Source: Lingula anatina (taxonomy: Eukaryota; Animalia; Brachiopoda). From it: a stretch of 64,000 bases of DNA. Both the position numbers and the translations under genes were made by a program. The notes under the pieces are model-generated. The model was not told the origin of the DNA. It was given only the letters and a program-made list of their open reading frames with translations, and searched no databases. This document shows, piece after piece, positions 38,772 through 50,954 of this stretch; positions within the stretch are counted from its first letter, which is position 1; the number at the start of each line of letters is the position of its first letter. The stretch is taken from assembly GCA_051362555.1 (NCBI GenBank), contig CM120644.1, forward strand, positions 25,442,534-25,506,533. Direction: 5' to 3'.

Positions 38772-39984
38772 AAGGAAGTAGTGTATTGAGATCTATGTTT
38801 ATATGTTTAAGTGTACTAATTAACTTGTGTCATAACATGCACTAGGAGGATAACAGTTATCAAACGCCACGTGTGAAATTGTCAAAAGCAATACCTCGTG
38901 TAATAGTAAGGGGTTATGCCTGTTAGAACACAATGGTACCAGACTGTCAGAGGCACAGTGAGAATTGACGCAATTACTTTGGTAGCAGTGGCGTGGCACG
39001 CAAAACTGGCATTTCAGTCCAAAAATGAAATGACGAAAATTAAGCATTTTGTTCTGTCTCTGGGGTAGTTCTTTTCAAGACTGTTTTAACCCCTGCCCAG
39101 GTTTTAATTTTAACTTCCTCGAAAGTGCTCTGAGACCGCGTTTGAAACGCAATCCTCTTATCAGCTCCGTTTAGGCTTAAATAAAAGATGTAACTCCCAA
39201 TTCATTTTAGGTTTCACTTTCAACTATTCGTAGAAAACTGTTTAACCCAATAGGGTGTTCTATAAGATCACACAAAACGGGCACCGATATTTCATTTGTA
39301 TAGTTTTGCACATTTCTTATTACCATGTCATAGCTAGGCCTCTAGTTGACGATATCTTAGTGTATAACATGGGTGAAGTACCGACCGGTCAAAATGCCCC
39401 CCCCCCTCCAGAGCGGACAAACCAGTCCTTTTCAGACAGCACCTGCTATTTCCTCGTTTGCCACTCAGCACTGAGGGGTTGAAGTATGATTCCTGGTCAG
39501 ACAGAGAACGCTGTTGTTATGTAAGCTTGCTAGCCTCATCAGCGCCTCATGCGGCAACGGGGCTGTATCCTCCCCAGGGAGGTGAGATCGTTAACACAGA
39601 TCGAAATGACCAGGCGACAAACTGTTTTATTTGTACCACACATAATTATACTTACTGTTGTCTACTGGACAGATTGGAAAAGACTTAAAAAAACATATGT
39701 ATATATCATTTATTTATGAGACTGGCATAGCTAACACGGCCTATACTTAATTTCGTGGCTCCCCCCCCCTCCCTCAGTAGCCTGAGCACCATTCCGTGCT
39801 CACGCCAAGTGAGAACGCAGACAAATTTCTGCAAATGTCAGATACATTAATGGATGTTTCCATCAATGCAACGTTTACATGTCATTTACATCAGTAACCC
39901 TATGCGACAGGAATGGAAGTCCGAGGTCCCATATGACTAGCACAGGTTAGGGGGACGAATGTCACCTATACAAAGTATTGCGAA

Positions 39985-40152
39985 ACGATCTACTGTTCCT
40001 AGCAGACTACCATTCCTGCCGCATTGGCTCAGTTCATAACGTATCTACAGTTCCAAGCAGACTACCATTCCTGCTGCATTGGCTCAGTTCATAACGTATC
40101 TACAGTTCCTAGCAGACTACCATTCCTGCCGCATTGGCTCAGTTCATAACGT
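39985..40152. repeat. 55-bp tandem repeat, 3 copies
   Basis: atctacagttcctagcagactaccattcctgccgcattggctcagttcataacgt units. Confidence 0.9.
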
Positions 40153-40624
40153 TTAACAGATAGATATCCGCACTTTTGTTACTGCAAACTACGTGATTTG
40201 TTTCAGTCAATAACTGTCTAAGTCAGTTCTTAAAAGCGCCTTTAAATTTGCAATTCTTAAAGTGGAGAATGCTGGAAAGAAATCGATTTAATTCCTTTAA
40301 AAAGTCTTCTATTTACTAATAATTTTGAAAATCATCACTCAAGATGACATTTGAAGTCATCGATCATTTATAATGAAAATGACAATGCCTATCCAATTCT
40401 TACCTCATATCGTGTATAATCCACCGGGCACATGACAGTATTGTATTAGACCATTCACTGCCAAACTGGAGTTTTCATCCTAGTCCTGGTGTTACCTGGA
40501 ATATTCCAGTGTTAACTGCTTCTGTACTAGTTATGTTATTTTTTCCAAAATTCAAATACTTATGTCCATTTTTCTCTCAATGAACGACAACATGCGCTGT
40601 GGACTACTTCTGTCTTTAACATTA

Positions 40625-40870
40625 ACTGTATTACTTCGCATACTGGCACCAGCTCTGTGGTAGGAAGCTGTATTACTATGAGCTGTATTACTTTGCATAC
40701 TAGCGCTGTGGTAGGAAGCTGTATTACTATGAGCTGTATTACTTTGCATATTAGCGCTGTGGTAGCAAGCTGTATTACTATGAGCTGTATATTACTTTGC
40801 ATACTGGCACTATTGTTGTGGTAGGAAGCTGTATTACTTTGAGCTGTATTACTTTGCATATAGTGGTAGG
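40625..40870. repeat. Degenerate ~50-bp tandem repeat
   Basis: gtggtaggaagctgtattactatgagctgtattactttgcata recurs 4-5 times. Confidence 0.8.
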
Positions 40871-42373
40871 AAATGTATCATTGGTATATCTGGAAGAAGC
40901 TTTAAAGTAGGTCTTGCAAGGGTCAGGGCGTCAGCTGGCAGCAAAGTTCAAGTGATGACTTGTGGTTTACATAGTGTCATATGACTGAGGGATGAAATGT
41001 AAGCTAAAGTGACCAAACGGCTTTTACTTTGATTGACTTGATGTACTATAGGTAAAATATCGGTAAAATATCGCCTTGGTAATTATATTTGAAATATATC
41101 TGTCAATGTTCATTATAAATGCATGATAGCTGTGTGAGCCGCCATTCTGTTCTCCGTGCAATCACGACATTCAAGAATTAGCCGAGTTTAGGTGAAGTAT
41201 GACAGTTGATCAGGCAGAAACGACTGATAAGTAAAATTAAGTCTTGTCCTGTATGAGTGCTCTCTACAGGCAAAACTGACGGGTTTTCTTATATAAGTTA
41301 CTGAAATAAATGTGCAATATACCCCGTATTAAAGTGAGTCTACACCGTGAACGACAGCCATCATTCCGACTTTAAACCAGAACAGTGTCCACAGCGCAGC
41401 TAACGCCCCCCCCCCCCCCCCCCCCAGTTAACCAAGGCGTTTTTTATTCGAATCATTGCATTTCTTCTGCAATGTACCAGTTAATTCCAGTTGTAATCAG
41501 CGCCTATATCTACCTCCAAAGTAAGCTTAGTTATCGAGCACAACTGGCCACCTGAGGTCTGCACGAAATGCCCAAATCTCAACTTTCTATAAAGGATTTC
41601 TTAGCGCCATATTAACCGTTTTCTCGGTATTACCATTACGCTGGGATGTTTTATGTAAAAACACATTGCTGCTACATTGAGTCTCAAACAAGGAATCAAG
41701 TATAGAATGTAATAAATATCTCAATGACACATTTATTTAACAGGAAGAAACCACACAACACAAATAGTAAGACGGTCGACCGCGTTGTCGTGGCGGCGTC
41801 TGACCTCAGACGCAGCTAGGGCGGAGTAGACAGGGGCCGGGGTCCATCTTGGCAGCTTTTCACGAGGAAGAAAGGGAGAGGTAAGTAGGTGGTGGGTAAT
41901 CGTTTCTAAAGATCAGAAGATCTCAACGATCGATGACTTAAGCTCCCAAAGGAAAGAAATCCAGGTCAACGCAGACACAGAACGAACTGGTGTATTTTGT
42001 AGTAATTAAAACCCGTCACATTGATCTTTATATTCATGTGCATTATACTACTTGGTCATAATCCACGCACTGGGGCCTAAATTAATAGAGAAGAAGTGAT
42101 TTTGCCAAAAATGTCAACTGTGCTTGAATATATATATATATTTAATATACGTTGACCCAAAAAGATGATGATTCAGAAGTTTGTCTCAGTATAAAAAGCT
42201 GCCCATGCTAAATGAAATGCGATTACAGAGTATGTACGACCTAAGGCTTCATATATCTGAACACTGGGTGCATCCTACGTCATCCATGATAAGACAACTG
42301 TCACATTGATGGCCTCCAGTTGTTATAAAATTAATTATCTAATAAACATGTCTGTGGTGTTATTTGAAGTGTC

Positions 42374-45300
42374 TTTGGATGTGACAGTTATCTTAGCTGT
42401 TCTTGATTGTGACAGTTATCTTAGCTGTTCTTGGATGTGACAGTTATCTTAGCTGCTCTTGATTGTGACAGTTATCTTAGCCGTTTTTGGATGTGACAGT
42501 TATCTTAGCTGTTCTTGGATGTGACAGTTATCTTAGCTGTTCGTGATTGTGACAGTTATCTTAGCTGTTTTTGGATGTGACAGTTATCTTAGCTGTTCTT
42601 CATTGTGACAGTTATATTAGCTGTTCTTGGATGTGACAGTTATCTTAGCTGCTCTTGATTGTGACAGTTATCTTAGCTGTTCTTGGATGTGACAGTTATC
42701 TTAGCTGTTCTTGATTGTGACAGTTATCTTAGCCGTTTTTGGATGTGACAGTTATCTTAGCTGTTCTTGGATGTGACAGTTATCTTAGCTGTTCGTGATT
42801 GTGACAGTTATCTTAGATGTTCTTGATTGTGACAGTTATCTTAGCTGTTCTTGATTGTGACAGTTATCTGAGCTGTTCTTGGATGTGACAGTTATCTTAG
42901 CTGTTCTTGGATGTGACAATTATATTATCTGTTCTTGGATGTGACAATTATATTAGCTGTTCTTGGATGTGACAGTTATCTTAGCTGTTCTTGATTGTGA
43001 CAATAAGCTGTTCTTAGATGTGACAGTTATCTTAGCTGTTCTTGGGTGTGACAGTTATCTTAGCTGTTCTTGCTTGTGACAGTTATCTTAGCTGTTCTTG
43101 GATGTGACAGTTATCTTAGCTGTTCTTGATTGTGACAGTTATCTTAGCTGTTCTTGATTGTGACAGTTATCTTAGCTGTTCTTGGATGTGACAGTTATCT
43201 TAGCTGTTCTTGATTGTGATGGTTATGTTAGCTGTTCTTGGATATGACAATTATATAAGCTGTTCTTGGATGTGACAATTATATTAGCTGTTCTTGGATG
43301 TGACAGTTATCTTAGCTGTTCTTGGATGTAACAGTTATCTTAGCTGTTCTTGATTGTGACAGTTATCTTAGCTGTTCTTGGATGTGACAGTTATCTTAGA
43401 TGTTCTTGATTGTGACAGTTAACTTAGCTGTTCTTGATTGTGACAGTTATCTTAGCCGTTTTTGGATGTGACAGTTATCTTAGCTGTTCTTGATTGTGAC
43501 AGTTATCTTAGCTGTTCTTGATTGTGACAGTTATCTTAGCTGTTCTTGATTGTGACAGTTATCTTAGCTGTTCTTGCTTGTGACAGTTATCTTAGCTGTT
43601 CTTGGATGTGACAGTTATCTTAGCTGTTCTTGATTGTGACAGTTATCTTAGCTGTTCTTGATTGCGACAGTTATCTTAGCTGTTCTTGATTGTGACAGAT
43701 ATCTTAGCTGTTCTTGGATGTGACAGTTATCTTTGCTGTTCTTGATTGTGATAGTTATCTTAGCTGTTCTTGGATGTGATAGTTATCTTAGCTGTTCTTG
43801 ATTGTGACAGTTATCTTAGCTGTTCTTGCTTGTGACAGTTATCTTAGCTGTTCTTGCTTGTGACAGTTATCTTAGCTGTTCTTGATTGTGACAGTTATCT
43901 TAGCTGTTCTTGATTGTGACAGTTATCTTAGCTGTTCTTGATTGTGACAGTTATCTTAGCTGTTCTTGCTTGTGACAGTTATCTTAGCTGTTCTTGGATG
44001 TGACAGTTATCTTAGCTGTTCTTGATTGTGACAGTTATCTTAGCTGTTCTTGATTGTGACAGTTATCTTAGCTGTTCTTGATTGTGACAGTTATCTTAGC
44101 TGTTCTTGGATGTAACAGTTATCTTAGCTGTTCTTGATTGTGACAGTTATCTTAGCTGTTCTTGGATGTAACAGTTATCTTAGCTGTTCTTGATTGTGAC
44201 AGTTATCTTAGCTGTTCTTGATTGTGACAGTTATCTTAGCTGTTCTTGCTTGTGACAGTTATCTTAGCTGTTCTTGGATGTGACAGTTATCTTAGCTGTT
44301 CTTGATTGTGACAGTTATCTTAGCTGTTCTTGATTGTGACAGTTATCTTAGCTGTTCTTGGATGTGACAGTTATCTTAGCTGTTCTTGATTGTGATGGTT
44401 ATGTTAGCTGTTCTTGGATGTGACAATTATATAAGCTGTTCTTGGATGTGACAATTATATTAGCTGTTCTTGGATGTGACAGTTATCTTAGCTGTTCTTG
44501 GATGTAACAGTTATCTTAGCTGTTCTTGGATGTGACAATTATATTAGCTGTTCTTGGATGTGACAGTTATCTTAGCTGTTCTTGGATGTAACAGTTATCT
44601 TAGCTGTTCTTGATTGTGACAGTTATCTTAGCTGTTCTTGGATGTGACAGTTATCTTAGATGTTCTTGGGTGTGACAGTTATCTTAGCTGTTCTTGATTG
44701 TAACGGTTATCTTAGCTGTTCTTGATTGTGACAGTTATCTTAGCTGTTCTTGATTGTGACAGTTATCTTAGCTGTTCTTGGATGTGACAGTTATCTTAGC
44801 TGTTCTTGGATGTGACAGTTATCTTAGCTGTTCTTGATTGTGACAGTTATCTTAGATGTTCTTGATTGTGACAGTTAACTTAGCTGTTCTTGATTGTGAC
44901 AGTTATCTTAGCTGTCCTTGGATGTGACTGTTATCTTAGCTGTTCTTGATTGTGACGGTTATGTTAGCTGTTCTTGGATGTGACAATTATATTATCTGTT
45001 CTTGGATGTGACAATTATATTAGCTGTTCTTGGATGTGACAGCTATCTTAGTTGTTCTTGATTGTGACAGTTAGCTGTTCTTGGATGTGACAGTTATCTT
45101 AGCTGTTCTTGATTGTGACAGTTATCTTAGCTGTACTTGATTGTGACAGTTATCTTAGTTGTTCTTGATTGTGACAGTTATCTTAGCTGTTCTTGATTGT
45201 GATGGTTATGTTAGCTGTTCTTGGATGTGACAATTATATAAGCTGTTCTTGGATGTGACAGTTATCTTAGCTGTTCTTGGATGTAACAGTTATCTTAGCT

Positions 45301-48300
45301 GTTCTTGATTGTGACAGTTATCTTAGCTGTTCTTGGATGTGACAGTTATCTTAGATGTTCTTGATTGTGACAGTTAACTTAGCTGTTCTTGATTGTGACA
45401 GTTATCTTAGCTGTTTTTGGATGTGACAGTTATCTTAGCTGTTCTTGATTGTGACAGTTATCTTAGCTGTTCTTGGATGTGACAGTTATCTTAGCTGTTC
45501 TTGATTGTGACGGTTATGTTAGCTGTTCTTGGATGTGACAATTATATTATCTGTTCTTGGATGTGACAATTATATTAGCTGTTCTTGGATGTGACAGCTA
45601 TCTTAGCTGTTCTTGAATGTGACAGTTAGCTGTTCTTGGATGTGACAGTTATCTTAGCTGTTCTTGATTGTGACAGTTATCTTAGCTGTACTTGATTGTG
45701 ACAGTTATCTTAGTTGTTCTTGATTGTGACAGTTATCTTAGCTGTTCTTGATTGTGACAGTTACTTAGCTGTTCTTGGATGTGACAGTTATCTTAGCTGT
45801 TCTTGATTGTGATGGTTATGTTAGCTGTTCTTGGATGTGACAATTATATAAGCTGTTCTTGGATGTGACAATTATATTAGCTGTTCTTAGATGTGACAGT
45901 TATCTTAGCTGTTCTTGGGTGTGACAGTTATCTTAGCTGTTCTTGATTGTAACGGTTATCTTAGCTGTTCTTGATTGTGACAGTTATCTTAGCTGTTCTT
46001 GATTGTGACAGTTATCTTAGCTGTTCTTGGATGTGACAGTTATCTTAGCTGTTCTTGATTGTGACAGTTATCTTAGCTGTACTTGATTGTGATAGTTATC
46101 TTAGTTGTTCTTGATTGTGACAGTTATCTTAGCTGTTCTTGATTGTGACAGTTACTTAGCTGTTCTTGGATGTGACAGTTATCTTAGCTGTTCTTGATTG
46201 TGATGGTTATGTTAGCTGTTCTTGGATGTGACAATTATATAAGCTGTTCTTGGATGTGACAATTATATTAGCTGTTCTTAGATGTGACAGTTATCTTAGC
46301 TGTTCTTGGGTGTGACAGTTATCTTAGCTGTTCTTGATTGTAACGGTTATCTTAGCTGTTCTTGATTGTGACAGTTATCTTAGCTGTTCTTGATTGTGAC
46401 AGTTATCTTAGCTGTTCTTGGATGTGACAGTTATCTTAGCTGTTCTTGATTGTGACAGTTATCTTAGCTGTTCCTGGATGTGACAGTTATCTTAGCTGTT
46501 CTTGGGTGTGACAGTTATCTTAGCTGTTCTTGATTGTGACGGTTATCTTAGCTGTTCTTGATTGTGACAGTTATCTTAGCTTTTCTTGATTGTGACAGTT
46601 ATCTTAGCTGTTCTTGGATGTGACAGTTATCTTAGCTGTTCTTGATTGTGACAGTTATCTTAGCTGTTCCTGGATGTGACAGTTATCTTAGCTGTTCTTG
46701 ATTGTGACAGTTATCTTAGCTGTTCTTGATTGTGACAGTTATCTTAGCTGTTCTTGATTGTGACAGTTATCTTAGCTGTTCTTGATTGTGACAGTTATCT
46801 TAGCTGTTCTTGGATGTGACAGTTATCTTATCTGTTCTTGATTGTGACAGTTAACTTAGCTGTTCTTGATTGTGATGGTTATGTTAGCTGTTCTTGGATG
46901 TGACAATTATATAAGCTGTTCTTGGATGTGACAATTATATTAGCTGTTCTTAGATGTGACAGTTATCTTAGCTGTTCTTGGGTGTGACAGTTATCTTAGC
47001 TGTTCTTGATTGTGACAGTTATCTTAGCTGTTCTTGATTGTGACAGTTATCTAAGCTGTTCTTAATTGTGACAGTTATCTTAGCTGTTCTTGGATGTGAC
47101 AGTTATCTTATCTGTTCTTGATTGTGACAGTTATCTTAGCTGTTCTTGATTGTGACAGTTATCTCAGCTGTTCTTGGATGTGACAGTTATCTTAGCTGTT
47201 CTTAATTGTGACAGTTATCTTAGCTGTTCTTGGATGTGACAGTTATCTTTGCTGTTCTTGGATGTGACAGTTATCTTAGCTGTTCCTGGATGTGACAGTT
47301 ATCTTAGCTGTTCTTGGATGTGACAGTTATCTTAGCTGTTCCTGGATGTGACAGTTATCTTAGCTGTTCTTGATTGTGACAGTTATCTTAGCTGTACTTG
47401 ATTGTGACAGTTATCTTAGTTGTTCTTGATTGTGACAGTTATCTTAGCTGTTCTTGATTGTGACAGTTACTTAGCTGTTCTTGGATGTGACAGTTATCTC
47501 AGCTGTTCTTGGATGTGACAGTTATCTTAGCTGTTCTTAATTGTGACAGTTATCTTAGCTGTTCTTGGATGTGACAGTTATCTTAGCTGTTCTTAGATGT
47601 GACAGTTATCTTAGCTGTTCTTGGATGTGACAGTTATCTTAGCTGTTCCTGGATGTGACAGTTATCTTAGCTGTTCTTGGATGTGACAGTTATCTTAGCT
47701 GTTTCTGGATGTGACAGTTATCTTAGCTGTTCTTGATTGTGACAGTTAACTTAGCTGTTCTTGATTATGACAGTTATCTTAGCTGTTCTTGATTGTGACA
47801 GTTATCTTAGCTGTTCTTGGATGTGACAGTTATCTTAGCTGTTCTTGATTGTGACAGTTAGCTGTTCTTGGATGTGACAGTTATCTTAGCTGTTCTTGAT
47901 TTTGACAGTTATCTTAGCTGTTCTTGATTGTGACACTTAGCTGTTCTTAGATGTGACAGTTATCTTAGCTGTTATTGGGTGTGACAGTTATCTTAGCTGT
48001 TCTTGGATGTGACAGTTATCTTAGCTGTTCTTGGATATGACAGTTATCTTAGCTGTTCTTGGATGTGACAGTTATCTTAGCTGTTCTTAGATGTGACAGT
48101 TATCTTAGCTGTTCTTGGATGTGACAGTTATCTTAGCTGTTCCTGGATGTGACAGTTATCTTAGCTGTTCTTGGATGTGACAGTTATCTTAGCTGTTCCT
48201 GGATGTGACTGTTATCTTAGCTGTTCTTGATTGTGACAGTTAACTTAGCTGTTCTTGATTATGACAGTTATCTTAGCTGTTCTTGATTGTGACAGTTATC

Positions 48301-48688
48301 TTAGCTGTTCTTGGATGTGACAGTTATCTTAGCTGTTCTTGATTGTGACAGTTAGCTGTTCTTGGATGTGACAGTTATCTTAGCTGTTCTTGATTTTGAC
48401 AGTTATCTTAGCTGTTCTTGATTGTGACACTTAGCTGTTCTTAGATGTGACAGTTATCTTAGCTGTTATTGGGTGTGACAGTTATCTTAGCTGTTCTTGG
48501 ATGTAACAGTTATCTTAGCTGTTCTTGATTGTGACAGTTATCTTAGATGTTCTTGATTGTGACAGTTATCTTAGCTGTTCTTGATTGTGACAGTTATCTT
48601 AGCTGTTCTTGATTGTGACAGTTATCTTAGCTGTTCTTGATTGTGACAGTTAACTTAGCTGTTCTTGGATGTGACAATTAGCTGTTCC
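42374..48688. repeat. 28-bp satellite, ~6.3 kb (~225 units)
   Basis: g(ga/at)tgtgacagttatcttagctgttctt monomers with recurring variant blocks. Confidence 0.97.
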
Positions 48689-49350
48689 AACATTTTAGTC
48701 TGGCATCAGCAAGGAATGACCTGGTGTATTAAATACATTAATTCCTCCAGGCATAAACTTTCCTTAAGTCTTTCACCCCTAATTCACAAAGTATTTTGTT
48801 ACAAGGGACATACAGGTAAAACAGCATCGTTTCCTCGTCAACAGAATAAATGACAATTAACCAGCAGAATTAGTTCCAACGTCATTACAAGTGTTTTGCT
48901 TTCTTCAATGCAACGACACAATTAGTCTAGATCTTTTGCTTTCTTCAATGTATACAGAATGGACACATAGACTAACAGTCAGATAACACACAAGGGAGTT
49001 GAACTCCCAAGGCGGTTTGTTGAGTGCATTGATAATGGTGATATTTTGGTGTTTTACACACAGTACACCTGAAATAATATGTGAACAGAGTAACTACATA
49101 TCTTGGCTTTCTGCTCCTCAAATGTGAACAGGAAATTTAAAAAGCTGCTGAGTTTGATTAGGCACTAAATCTGCTGGACTTTTAGCTGCAGACTGAACTC
49201 TGTTGACAACGTATGGATGGTGTACTTTTAGATAACATTAGCAAGGCTCTGCTCGTTCAGAATCTTTTTAATTTACATTCTTAAAATAATAATTCTGGTT
49301 TTGAGTGTACAACTACTGGCACATTATTTCACACAAGTACTTGTACAGCA

Positions 49351-50034
49351 CTTTTATTTACAGTCAAATAGTTCAACCCGTGTGTTCATCGTTCATGAGC
49401 TGAGAGAGATGTACTGTAGCGCAGTGTTGGTATGGATGCTGTACAGCGTGAAGCAGATATACATCTTTTATTTACAGTAAAATAGTTCAACACGTGTGCT
49501 CATCGTTCATGAGCTGAGAGAGATGTACTGTAGCACAGTGTTGGTATGGATGCTGTACAGCGTGAAGCAGATATACATCTTTTATTTACAGTAAAATAGT
49601 TCAACACGTGTGTTTATCGTTCATGAGCTGAGAGAGATATACTGTAGCACAGTGTTGGTATGGATGCTGTACAGCGTGAAGCAGATATACATCTTTTATT
49701 TACAGTAAAATAGTTCAACACGTGTGTTTATCGTTCATGAGCTGAGAGAGATATACTGTAGCACAGTGTTGGTATGGATGCTGTACAGCGTGAAGCAGAT
49801 ATACATCTTTTATTTACAGTAAAATAGTTCAACACGTGTGTTTATCGTTCATGAGCTGAGAGAGATATACTGTAGCACAGTGTTGGTATGGATGCTGTAC
49901 AGCGTGAAGCAGATATACATCTTTTATTTACAGTAAAATAGTTCAACACGTGTGTTCATCGTTCATGAGCTGAGAGAGATGTACTGTAGCACAGTGTTGG
50001 TATGGATGCTGTACAGCGTGAAGCAGATATACAC
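49351..50034. repeat. 114-bp tandem repeat, 6 copies, each with AATAAA on the minus strand
   Basis: Units start at 49351, 49465, 49579, 49693, 49807 and 49921 with cttttatttacag. Confidence 0.95.
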
Positions 50035-50210
50035 CTGTGGTAACGTTTGTCCTGCTTTTATTTTGTGCAAGGCACACATCTGAGTGCAGAAAATTAAGCT
50101 TTTGTCTCAAGTTAAATACCACATCTGTTAAGAAAATAAAACTCCAGCTTACAATGATCAAATCATTTTTTTTTTCAAAGACAGCAACAGTTATCATTCA
50201 AGTTCTGCTG

Positions 50211-50290
<80 letters not shown>

Positions 50291-50954
50291 AGAATTATCT
50301 GAAAATTTCAAACAGGTTGAAAATTAATTTAATAAATTTTACTTTACTTTCCTTAAGTTGACCCCTTTAAAGATTTGATATGATTGCTCCACCTGGTCTT
50401 TGTAATGATAAATATCAGGCTAAATGCTAAAGACCAGGCTAAATAATAAAGACCAGGCTAAGTGTCACCTTCACACAGCAAATGTGTACTAATGTCCGGA
50501 GCGTCTTTCTCACATTTCCTGCCGACTACTGGCATTGCCACAAGCATTTAAAAATCATGATGTTCATTTCAGATCAGACATGTCAAGATGGCGTCTTCCA
50601 TTACCATGAATACTGGGACGGGGAGGAGGAGGACAGTCAGTGTTCTGACCAAGATGTCCCCGTCCTCTGTCACCTATGGCGTCTCCTGTCACCATGGAAT
50701 AATGAGCTAGACACTGACACGTTTACACGACTGAGACACAGAGTAGGCAAACCATGGTATGTCTACAGTAACAGGCAATACAGAGAGGAGAGACCCTAAC
50801 ATTATTGTCTACAGAAAATGTATGGATAGAAATGTGTAAACTGACAATTCCCTGACACGTCCTTATTAACATAATTAGTAAACATTCTTCAAGTAATGTA
50901 ATGTTACATGATAGAAGTATACAGTTTCATTATAGTCATAATTTGTAACAAATG

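Noticed and set aside
50482-50799. 105-aa plus-strand ORF
   Set aside because: It lies antisense in the likely GTPBP10 3'UTR and has no recognisable domain or splice support.
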